From Candidatus Nanopusillus sp. (GTDB taxonomy: Archaea; Nanobdellota; Nanobdellia; Nanobdellales; Nanobdellaceae), in assembly GCA_049414405.1 (NCBI GenBank), contig JBMSAQ010000015.1, positions 30,001 to 62,000 of the forward strand: 32,000 nt of DNA. Reading direction: 5' to 3'. A program made the translations under genes and the position numbers. The notes beneath the pieces are model-generated. The model was not told the DNA's origin. It was given only the letters and a program-made list of their open reading frames with translations, and searched no databases. Shown one piece after another: positions 9,280 through 17,626 of this stretch. Position 1 is the stretch's first letter, and every line of letters begins with the position of its first letter.

Positions 9280-10038
9280 ATGAAAAGAAGGGGTATAGAC
9301 ATGGCTGTACAGTTGATATTCGTAATAATAATAATGTTGGTAGTAGCAGTTATTGTAATTAGGCTATTTCAGCAACAATCATCAAATATTAGCCAAATAT
9401 CAAATACACAAATACAACAGGCAGTTGCTAATTGTTTAAACTATTGTCAAGATCCAGTAACATTCTGTACAAGATATGAAAACATTGGAAATGGAATTGT
9501 ACAAGTAAGTCCTGGGTATTATGTTTGTTCAAATGCAGTTCCATGTAGTGTAGTATTACAATTATATGGAGGTCCCTCTAGTCAATGTCACTATCAAGGA
9601 TATCCAATAACACCGTTGGCATGTATGTATTTAACATGTCAACATTACATTGATAGATTATATTATACTCCGGTACAAGCAACAAGTTATGTATTTGGAA
9701 ATTATTCTTCTACTACATCATTTAATGTAGAAACTGGACAAGCGACGATTTACATTTCTTCTCCATCCCAAATATTATACCCAGGTCCAGCACAATGTTC
9801 TGCACAATTACCAACATGGATTACAAACCAAGTATTTATTGCACTGTTAAAAGTTCTTAATTACTATAATAGTGCACATGGATGTAATTTAAACTTAGTA
9901 GTCAGTAATGGAATATTAGTAGTAACGGGAAATTGTGCAGCATTGGGTATAAATAATAATAATGGTATGCCATTATGCCAATTCTTGATGAGAGTACCAT
10001 ATAATCAGTTAATTAACACACCAGCCACAACAAGTTAA
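9280..10038 (+). CDS. Secreted or anchored cysteine-rich protein with a prepilin-like N-terminus (operon gene 1)
   Basis: MKRRG-IDMAVQLIFVIIIMLVVAVIVI is a basic leader followed by a hydrophobic helix. The ectodomain has 12 Cys and several N-x-S/T sequons. I recognise no homolog. Confidence 0.6.
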   Translation: MKRRGIDMAVQLIFVIIIMLVVAVIVIRLFQQQSSNISQISNTQIQQAVANCLNYCQDPVTFCTRYENIGNGIVQVSPGYYVCSNAVPCSVVLQLYGGPSSQCHYQGYPITPLACMYLTCQHYIDRLYYTPVQATSYVFGNYSSTTSFNVETGQATIYISSPSQILYPGPAQCSAQLPTWITNQVFIALLKVLNYYNSAHGCNLNLVVSNGILVVTGNCAALGINNNNGMPLCQFLMRVPYNQLINTPATTS

Positions 10039-10043
10039 AGGTA

Positions 10044-12014
10044 ATGAATTTTTTTGAACGTTTTTACAATAATTTTAATTTAATAAAATTAAAAGCTCCC
10101 AATCCTATATATAAAAAATATGCATTTCATTTATGGTTAAATAGATTAAATACTAATCCCGATAATATATTTTCTTCTGTAATAACTCTAATAATATTAT
10201 CTATAATCATATATCTTATTTTAAGTTTTGTAAGCTTTCAATTAGCTTTTTCTTTATTAATATCTTTACTAATATTATCATTCTATTTCGCATATTATCC
10301 AATATTCTATACACAAATTGTTAGAATACAGGTAACGTCAGAAATTGTATGGATAATATTATATTTATCTTTATATCTAAAGAGAAATCCCAATCTAGAA
10401 AATGGAATAAAATATGTAGCATATTATATGAAAGGTTATATTGCAACAGACTTTAAATCATTATTATATAATTTAGAAACAAATAAGTTTAAGGATATTG
10501 AATCAGCACTAGAATATTATCAAAGAAGATGGTTTTATTTAAGTCCAGATTTTGTATATGCAATGACACATATTGTAAATATTAAATATAAAACGTCTAT
10601 TGATGATATAAATAAATTATTAGATAGAATATTGGGATGGGTATTAAAGAAATCTTTAGAAAAATCCCAACTATATGTAGATGCTCTGAAAGAACCAGCA
10701 ACAGTTATCATATCTTTCTTAGTAATGATGCCTATAGTCAGTTTGATGATGTTACCAATAATATCTGTGTTTTTGTTAAATACTGTAAGTTTTTATTTCA
10801 TAGCATTTTCATATATAATAATTCTACCTGTCATTACATTCTTAATAATTCAAAATTTTCTATCGAAAAATCCATTTGCATTTGCTGTTCCAGATTTATC
10901 ATTAGCAAAGGATTTACCAAAACCTGGAAAATTTAAATTAGGAAATAAAGAAATTCCGGCAATAATAATTTCAATAATATTGGGATCAATTGCAATTATG
11001 GGAATTTATCATTTAATTTCTTTAGCTATAAAAATTGCTCTTATCCCACAAGGATTTTTAAGTGATTATTTAAATATAGTTTACCAAGATAGAGCATTAA
11101 TATATTCGGTTTTAACTTTAACATTACCCCTGGGATTGGGTTTAGGTATAGGATCTTATTATTATCTGACATCTTTCCAAAAAGTTAAAAAAATATATGA
11201 AATTGAAGAAATAGAAAATGAGTTTCCAATTGTTGTATATGAATTTGCATCACTATTAGAAGATGGTTATCCGTTTGAAATAGTAATTGAAAAAACCTAT
11301 TATAATTATAAGATAATAAAATCTTCCGGAGTTTTGGAAAACTTCTTAAAAACAACACTATATAATTTAAGAAGGGGATATGATTTAAATACATCTATAT
11401 TTAATCCAAAAATTGGTTCATTAAATTTATATCCATCAAAGTTAGTAAGAGAGTCTATGCAACTTTTAGTCACTTCTGCATCAAAGGGTCCTGAAGCTTT
11501 ATCAAAAATTGCATATAATGTATCAACAAATTTAGAAAATGTAAACAATATAAGATATAATGTAAGAAAAATATTAAATGAAATAATTGGATTAATAGAT
11601 ATGACATCAAGAAATCTAGTACCATTAATTTCTGCAATGGTTACAGTTTTTAATAATGGTATAGTTTCAATGCTTTTTGCACTTGCATATTTCTTTCAAT
11701 TGATAAGCCAATCTTTTGGTCTGGGGGGTGGATCTAATTTATTCAATTTTATTGTAACCACATTTAATCTATATAACCTAATACCACCAACATTTTTTGT
11801 AGCAATAATAGGTATATTTTTTATAGAATATGTAATAATAACATCATATATGAGTGCTGGAATAAGATATGGCTTTGATAGTACAATGACTTCATATTAT
11901 ATAGGTAGAAATCTTCTGTTTGGAACAATATTTTATGTAACATTTTCAATAATAGGAATATTAGTAGTATACACAATGTTCGGCCCATATCTGCCAACAA
12001 ATATACAACTATGA
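10044..12014 (+). CDS. Polytopic membrane protein, candidate FlaJ/TadC/PilC-like (T2SS-F-like) platform protein (operon gene 2)
   Basis: About 10 predicted TM helices are arranged as two repeats, each a soluble helical domain of about 100-150 aa followed by TM helices (aa ~113-217 and ~379-525). The second domain begins EFPIVVYEFASLLEDGYPFEIVIEK, which resembles the T2SS-F domain. Assigned by pattern only. Confidence 0.45.
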   Translation: MNFFERFYNNFNLIKLKAPNPIYKKYAFHLWLNRLNTNPDNIFSSVITLIILSIIIYLILSFVSFQLAFSLLISLLILSFYFAYYPIFYTQIVRIQVTSEIVWIILYLSLYLKRNPNLENGIKYVAYYMKGYIATDFKSLLYNLETNKFKDIESALEYYQRRWFYLSPDFVYAMTHIVNIKYKTSIDDINKLLDRILGWVLKKSLEKSQLYVDALKEPATVIISFLVMMPIVSLMMLPIISVFLLNTVSFYFIAFSYIIILPVITFLIIQNFLSKNPFAFAVPDLSLAKDLPKPGKFKLGNKEIPAIIISIILGSIAIMGIYHLISLAIKIALIPQGFLSDYLNIVYQDRALIYSVLTLTLPLGLGLGIGSYYYLTSFQKVKKIYEIEEIENEFPIVVYEFASLLEDGYPFEIVIEKTYYNYKIIKSSGVLENFLKTTLYNLRRGYDLNTSIFNPKIGSLNLYPSKLVRESMQLLVTSASKGPEALSKIAYNVSTNLENVNNIRYNVRKILNEIIGLIDMTSRNLVPLISAMVTVFNNGIVSMLFALAYFFQLISQSFGLGGGSNLFNFIVTTFNLYNLIPPTFFVAIIGIFFIEYVIITSYMSAGIRYGFDSTMTSYYIGRNLLFGTIFYVTFSIIGILVVYTMFGPYLPTNIQL

Positions 12015-12295
12015 AACTTCAAAATTCAATATATTGGATTACAATAACCTTTATATTAATTGTAGCTGCTAGTCTATTTTCTTTTTATTATATTTATAAC
12101 ATAAAAAATAGTTTAGATGGAGAAAATATACAGACTATTAGCTGTCAACAATTAAAAAATCTATACAATAAGAGTTTTCGAGAAATAATCGATATTAAAG
12201 TATTTCTTAGTGAAAATTGTACAATAAATGGAATAACAATACCTTCCGGCTATAGAATTATATATATTTATAACGGAAGTATTCATTATATATGA
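12011..12295 (+). CDS. Small pilin-like protein (operon gene 3)
   Basis: MKLQ-NSIYWITITFILIVAASLFSF N-terminus, 2 Cys, and ATGA overlaps at both ends. Confidence 0.6.
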   Translation: MKLQNSIYWITITFILIVAASLFSFYYIYNIKNSLDGENIQTISCQQLKNLYNKSFREIIDIKVFLSENCTINGITIPSGYRIIYIYNGSIHYI

Positions 12296-12771
12296 AGAAC
12301 GATATAGCAATAGATACTATATTTATAATAATAATAGCGATAATATCTGCTGTAGCTGTATTGAGTATTATATATACAAAATTCTTTAGTAATTCTCAAG
12401 CATATTATTGTCAAACATTAATATCACAAGGTGGCTTTTCCCCATCATGCAAAGAATATTATCCTTCTGCAATAAATGTTATATACTCAAATGAGAGTAT
12501 TGATACAATTTATTCAAGTATAGTGGGATTAATATTAAATTGCTACAACAATAATGTAAATACAAATAAGTTATTTGATATATGTTATGATGTTTATATA
12601 AATAGGAATATTGTCTTAAATTCGGCAACATTAATTCAATATGTACAAAATTATACTAAATTTAATCCAAATAAAATTATATTCCGTTTAAATAATAGTG
12701 AAGGGAAGATATACCCATACAACAGCATATTTATAATATACAACAATAGTTATATTATAATATGGCAATGA
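12292..12771 (+). CDS. Small pilin-like protein (operon gene 4)
   Basis: MKND-IAIDTIFIIIIAIISAVAVL N-terminus, 4 Cys, and an ATGA overlap with the upstream gene. Confidence 0.6.
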   Translation: MKNDIAIDTIFIIIIAIISAVAVLSIIYTKFFSNSQAYYCQTLISQGGFSPSCKEYYPSAINVIYSNESIDTIYSSIVGLILNCYNNNVNTNKLFDICYDVYINRNIVLNSATLIQYVQNYTKFNPNKIIFRLNNSEGKIYPYNSIFIIYNNSYIIIWQ

Positions 12772-13175
12772 GAATTCAAGAGCTTCCGATTAATTATACT
12801 TTTTTAATCTTTATTGGAATAATTGTTACATTAACAATTATAGGAATAATATTTGTATTAAGAGGAAACATATCTTCTTACATAAATAACATAATGCCAA
12901 AATACAATACTACACAGACTGTAGTAGAAACAAATGTAAATTCAATGACAACTGTCGCAATGAATGTAGTATCATGTTATTATAAAAAAGCCCAAGGTCT
13001 CTGTTATTTGATTCATTATCAAGGATCACCATTTACATGTCAAGATTTAATAAATAGAGTAAATAGCATAGATCCAAATGTTGTAATGCAAAATTGTAAT
13101 TATAATATAAACCCTGGAAAGTATATATTAATTTATTCGGCAGGAAATTATGTCTACATTAATATTCAAGGATAG
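12762..13175 (+). CDS. Small N-terminally anchored, pilin-like protein (operon gene 5); the likely true start is the ATG at 12768
   Basis: N-terminal hydrophobic helix (YTFLIFIGIIVTLTIIGIIFVL) and 4 Cys. The second Met at 12768 forms an ATGA overlap with the upstream stop. Confidence 0.55.
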   Translation: MAMRIQELPINYTFLIFIGIIVTLTIIGIIFVLRGNISSYINNIMPKYNTTQTVVETNVNSMTTVAMNVVSCYYKKAQGLCYLIHYQGSPFTCQDLINRVNSIDPNVVMQNCNYNINPGKYILIYSAGNYVYINIQG

Positions 13176-13177
13176 AG

Positions 13178-13618
13178 ATGGAGAAGTGGTTTTGGATAAT
13201 TATAACAATTGTTGCTTTTGGTTTATCTTTATATTTATATTTTAAATTTGTAGGCATAAATAATGAGACTCAATTATTATATAAAAATATATCTTCATGT
13301 CAAAATTTATATACAACAGTTGAAAGAGCGTGCTATTCCAATAACGGAACAGAATTTTATATTACTATTGAAATAAATAAATATCTAGATTATATATATA
13401 GTAATGGTAATTTACTAAGTTGTTACATATATGACAGATATTATAATTATACAGTACCTTGTAATGTAATAATAAATACAACTAATAATATGATTCAATA
13501 TTATACTTCTGGATTATTTTATGAATTGTCACGTGGAAGTCCCAATCAAAAAATACCTTTGCTTGTTAAAAAAACTTCCCCAACAGATGTAACAATTTAT
13601 ATAGAAAAACCAGGTTAA
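13178..13618 (+). CDS. Small N-terminally anchored protein (operon gene 6)
   Basis: MEKWFWIIITIVAFGLSLYLYF N-terminal helix, 4 Cys, and a 2-nt gap from the upstream gene. Confidence 0.55.
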   Translation: MEKWFWIIITIVAFGLSLYLYFKFVGINNETQLLYKNISSCQNLYTTVERACYSNNGTEFYITIEINKYLDYIYSNGNLLSCYIYDRYYNYTVPCNVIINTTNNMIQYYTSGLFYELSRGSPNQKIPLLVKKTSPTDVTIYIEKPG

Positions 13619-13654
13619 AAATTTTAAAAATTTTTTAGATATTAATAGATCATA

Positions 13655-15157
13655 ATGAAAAAAAATCAGTTAAATTTACTCTCAGTAGCAATAATGTTAT
13701 TAATCGTATCATTATCTTTCTTAATTTATTATCAATACTCTACAAATGTTAAAAGGGAACAAGAAAAATTTATATTTGAAATTTTTGTCAATAATTTACA
13801 AAATTTACAGGATACGATAAGTAATATGCAAGGTACATATTATATAAAAGTTGATATACCAAGCGGGATTATATTATATTCGAGAGATGACGAATTAATA
13901 ATCCAATATAATAATAATAATTATACAATTAATTTTCAAAATAAATCTGTAATTTTATACAATAATGGTCAAAATGTAAGTTTTCTATATCCAAATAATT
14001 ATATATATTTGATTAGTACAAATAATATTGTTTTTATTTCTGCAGATTTTAATGATACAATTTTCTTATTTAACCGATATTTACCTAATGGAACTATTAT
14101 AATTATAAATCCAGATAATAATCAAAATAATAACAATAATCAAAATCAGAATAATAATCAAACTAATCAAACTAATAACACCAATCAAACAAATAATACT
14201 ATTGACCCAAATAGTAGATGTTTAGTTAAATATACTGGACAACCAAAATTTTTCTGGGGTAATGTAAATGGAAATAATTATTTACCTCCAATAGGTGATC
14301 AAGGAGTTTGTGGAAGTTGTTGGGCATTTGCATCTGCAAATGGGATTGCTGCAGTTTATATGATAAGAAATAACAAACCTAACGAAGGATTAACACTATC
14401 TGCCGCATACATGGCAATAAAGTGCAATAGAGGTTATCCAAATACTCCAAGATATTGTGAGTATAATATGGGTTGTAATGGTGGTTGGCCATATTTAGGT
14501 ATATTATATACATCTCAATATGGTATACCAGCAGATCCGGGACGGGCACATTATAGTTCTACTTTAAAAAGATGCAATACAGGTGCTACTAGTTATCCTG
14601 GTAATGTATGTGGTTTTGATTATAACGGACCTACTTCACCAATGTATTATTCACACAGAGTTATGGAATTAGTTCAAAGAGAAAAACCCTTATCAAGTCC
14701 AGAAATAATTCAATATTTGCTATGCTATGGACCATTAACTGTTGGTGGCTTTATGGCTGGACGGGGGGGATCTAACCCAAACAAATATCCTTCAAATTTT
14801 GTAGAAACCACAGGTCATGCTATGCTGTTGGTTGGATATGATACACAGTCCCAACTATGTCAAGAAGTATATGGAACTCCAAAATGTTGGATAATTGCAA
14901 ATTCTTGGGGAACTATAACAGGATGCTTAGCTTTTACTTCAGATGGTAGAATGCGCATGATAACTCGTAGTAAAAGTGAGTGCTATAAATATTATTCAAA
15001 TTATCAAGCTTGCAGCGCTGCAATGGGAGCACCTTGTGGAGGGATTTATTGGTCACAAAACGGATATCTATATGTACCATTTGAACAGTCACCATTTGGC
15101 ATATCATTTCCCAAGTTTACAATAGTAGCAATACAAAATGTTACTCTCGCAAAATAG
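13655..15157 (+). CDS. N-terminally anchored papain-family (MEROPS C1A-like) cysteine protease (operon gene 7)
   Basis: The complete catalytic signature is present. GDQGVCGSCWAFAS supplies the oxyanion Gln and the nucleophile Cys222 (codon 14318-14320). TGHAMLLVGYD supplies His388 (codon 14816-14818). WIIANSWG supplies the Asn. The N-terminus has a MKKNQ leader plus TM helix, then a domain of about 120 aa, then an N/Q/T linker. Confidence 0.85.
   Translation: MKKNQLNLLSVAIMLLIVSLSFLIYYQYSTNVKREQEKFIFEIFVNNLQNLQDTISNMQGTYYIKVDIPSGIILYSRDDELIIQYNNNNYTINFQNKSVILYNNGQNVSFLYPNNYIYLISTNNIVFISADFNDTIFLFNRYLPNGTIIIINPDNNQNNNNNQNQNNNQTNQTNNTNQTNNTIDPNSRCLVKYTGQPKFFWGNVNGNNYLPPIGDQGVCGSCWAFASANGIAAVYMIRNNKPNEGLTLSAAYMAIKCNRGYPNTPRYCEYNMGCNGGWPYLGILYTSQYGIPADPGRAHYSSTLKRCNTGATSYPGNVCGFDYNGPTSPMYYSHRVMELVQREKPLSSPEIIQYLLCYGPLTVGGFMAGRGGSNPNKYPSNFVETTGHAMLLVGYDTQSQLCQEVYGTPKCWIIANSWGTITGCLAFTSDGRMRMITRSKSECYKYYSNYQACSAAMGAPCGGIYWSQNGYLYVPFEQSPFGISFPKFTIVAIQNVTLAK
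14156..14200 (+). repeat. Five consecutive in-frame N-x-T codon triplets (NQT NQT NNT NQT NNT), a 9-nt periodic microrepeat inside an Asn/Gln-rich linker (14117-14200)
   Basis: Read directly from the sequence: AATCAAACT AATCAAACT AATAACACC AATCAAACA AATAATACT. Confidence 0.85.
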
Positions 15158-16001
15158 AAATTTATTAGCACCTATTATAATTATTTTTATAATTTTTTTG
15201 TATATTGTATATTCTATGAATATTATATATTCTATGAAGAATCCAATAGCAGTTTATTGTGAATATGGAGGAGGAACTTATTATACAAATGATACTGGTT
15301 CTTATTGTATTATAAATAATACATATTTTGATGCTCTACAATATTATGAAAATAATGTACCTCCAGAATATTCCTTTTGTACCCATCATGGATTAATATA
15401 TGTAAATAGCAGTTATTGTAAATATCCAAATGGTACATTAGTTAGTCCATATCTATTAATTCCCCCATCCGCATATCAAGATGTAATTATACCAGAGGAG
15501 AATCTTACATTGTGTGATAATCTGTTAGATTGTTCAAATACTCCATGGTATTATCCACCATGTTCTAATCAAATTTACCCTTGTTTTGATCCTCCATATA
15601 TACCACCTTCTTACTTAGCAGGTAATGATTCTTATCAGCAACTATTGTCATACTACCGTAATTTTTATGGCTGTGGCTATTGTCCAGAGAGTTTATCTTT
15701 CCAAGGTAACTGGTTCAGATGTCCGTACAATTATTCATTAAATCAATTATATCAAGAATTTCTACAAAAATGTCCACCACCAAGTATTGTTTATATTTCT
15801 TGTACTGGCGTATTTGAATGTATAAATCAAACTGAAATGAATTTAACAAATAATCTTACAAATAATAATCAACAATTAATTTATCCACAACCAAATATAA
15901 GTACTAATAACAACAATAACGTTAATTTGATTTTACCAACAGCAATGGTTATAATTATAGTAATAATAGGCCTATTTATGTTATTATATTATCTAAAATG
16001 A
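15138..16001 (+). CDS. Cys/Pro-rich surface protein with a DUF333-like N-terminal motif and TM helices at both ends (operon gene 8)
   Basis: KNPIAVYCEYGGGTYYTNDTGSYCIINNTYFDALQYY resembles the DUF333 pattern NPAxxYCxxxGG...G..C...W. It has 14 Cys and a C-terminal anchor (ILPTAMVIIIVIIGLFMLLYYLK). It overlaps the protease gene by 20 nt. Confidence 0.5.
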   Translation: MLLSQNRNLLAPIIIIFIIFLYIVYSMNIIYSMKNPIAVYCEYGGGTYYTNDTGSYCIINNTYFDALQYYENNVPPEYSFCTHHGLIYVNSSYCKYPNGTLVSPYLLIPPSAYQDVIIPEENLTLCDNLLDCSNTPWYYPPCSNQIYPCFDPPYIPPSYLAGNDSYQQLLSYYRNFYGCGYCPESLSFQGNWFRCPYNYSLNQLYQEFLQKCPPPSIVYISCTGVFECINQTEMNLTNNLTNNNQQLIYPQPNISTNNNNNVNLILPTAMVIIIVIIGLFMLLYYLK

Positions 16002-17626
16002 AAAATCAAATAAATACTATAACCTTTGTTATTATAATTTCAATAATATCATTGTCAGTTCTATTATATATTTTAATATCAAGTGACTACAATCAAAAAA
16101 CAATGCAAACATATAATGTAGAAAATCAATACACACTAACAATCCAGAATAGTATTGTTTTATTATCATATATTGATGATAATAAAGTTAACTTATCCTA
16201 TGCATTTTTATTATCTTATTTTTCATCTTCTGGAAATGATACATACTGCATAAATCGAAATATATGTACGAATATATCACAAACCATAACAAATTACTTT
16301 AATAGTATATACGGAAATAGATGGAACTTTACAATATATTTTGTACCACCAGTAACTGGCTGGATCGTTCAGATGTTTGTAGTGGCCGGTAATATAAATA
16401 ATTGGGATCCATGTTCAATGAGACCTCCACCAGATCAAAATGGCAAACAATGGTATGAATGGGATTATACGTATTTCTTTACAAATAATTATGTACAGAA
16501 TATTGATATACCAGTAAGACTGACTATATATGGAGCTGGATGGGTTAATGCAACAGCACCCTTCCATCAAACATTATCAACAAATTCTTGGGGATTACAA
16601 TCATTTTATCCACAACAATCACAAGCAATAGCTATACAATTAGGATATTGTGAACCTCTATCAAGAATATTTCCAAATTATAATTTTAATGAAGCTTCTG
16701 TATATTGTCCAAATAGTGAATGGCATTTATTTCCAAATTTTTTGGGTGTAGGTGGTGTACCAGCCCAACCAGTATCTAACTTACCAAATTTCTTTTCCGG
16801 ATTCTTATGCATATATACAGGATCTTGTCCGGTAACTAACAATCAATATTTAACCTCCACACCTTATTATTATCAAGGTCCTCCCGTTTATAAAACTGCC
16901 ACTGACATAAATAGACTAGCAGATTCTATAATCCCAAGAGAATATTTAGATGCAGCATGCCAACAAATGTTTGGTACAAGATATACGGGTAATTCTCTTT
17001 GTGGGGGTGGTCAAGTTTTAGTTGTAGGATCTTTTTACAGAGGTGTAGCAAATATACCACCACATTGTCAACAAATATTCATAGATTACCCATGGCATGA
17101 AACAATAGCTTTATATATATCCTACATAAATAAAAATGGACAACCAGATTATGTATTTTTAGCAGCAGATCCTTTGTGTGAATATAAAATAAATGGGAGA
17201 ATAATAAGATGTCCAACTGGTGTATATAATGACATACAAAATATAAACGGAATTATTATTGGAAAAGAATGTCCTTTAGTTTATTTAGGTGGTATTAATA
17301 CATATTCTCAAGGATTTTATAGATTTAATATTACTAAATGGGTAATAAATAATAGGGATCCAAATACAAATCAATTTATAATTTCTGCAGTATATTATGA
17401 TCCACATGCTGGATCAAATGGTGTTGCAATGGCGAGAGCATATTGTATTACTGATACAGGAAACAAAGAAGAATTAAACGCTTATATTTACCAAGGTAGT
17501 CAAAATAGTGTAAGTTTAGGATATCCAATACCACCAAATACAAACATATATGTACATTACATATATTTGCCAGTAAATATGCCTTTTCTAGGCGGATATC
17601 TTGTCGCTAAATTAACAGTATGGTAA
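15998..17626 (+). CDS. Large N-terminally anchored (prepilin-like MKNQ leader) secreted protein of unknown fold (operon gene 9)
   Basis: MKNQ-INTITFVIIISIISLSVLLYILI N-terminus, 14 Cys, and an ATGA overlap with the upstream gene. Confidence 0.6.
   Translation: MKNQINTITFVIIISIISLSVLLYILISSDYNQKTMQTYNVENQYTLTIQNSIVLLSYIDDNKVNLSYAFLLSYFSSSGNDTYCINRNICTNISQTITNYFNSIYGNRWNFTIYFVPPVTGWIVQMFVVAGNINNWDPCSMRPPPDQNGKQWYEWDYTYFFTNNYVQNIDIPVRLTIYGAGWVNATAPFHQTLSTNSWGLQSFYPQQSQAIAIQLGYCEPLSRIFPNYNFNEASVYCPNSEWHLFPNFLGVGGVPAQPVSNLPNFFSGFLCIYTGSCPVTNNQYLTSTPYYYQGPPVYKTATDINRLADSIIPREYLDAACQQMFGTRYTGNSLCGGGQVLVVGSFYRGVANIPPHCQQIFIDYPWHETIALYISYINKNGQPDYVFLAADPLCEYKINGRIIRCPTGVYNDIQNINGIIIGKECPLVYLGGINTYSQGFYRFNITKWVINNRDPNTNQFIISAVYYDPHAGSNGVAMARAYCITDTGNKEELNAYIYQGSQNSVSLGYPIPPNTNIYVHYIYLPVNMPFLGGYLVAKLTVW

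Noticed and set aside
8328-11548. Nested or antisense ORFs at 8328-8579(-), 10637-10936(+), 11185-11394(-) and 11306-11548(-)
   Set aside because: They are embedded in the ATP-grasp and platform-like genes in other frames or on the other strand. They show no independent signals, and the host ORFs are much longer and form part of a coupled operon.
14763-14769. G7/C7 homopolymer tracts as possible phase-variation switches: 14763-14769 in the protease, 23836-23842 just upstream of the surface-protein C-terminal anchor, and G6 at 11723-11728
   Set aside because: An equivalent run (21239-21245) encodes the essential GGDH motif of the agmatinase-family enzyme. These tracts therefore look like ordinary GGG/CCC codon strings (Gly-Gly, Pro-Pro) and not contingency loci. 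No evidence of frame disruption was seen.
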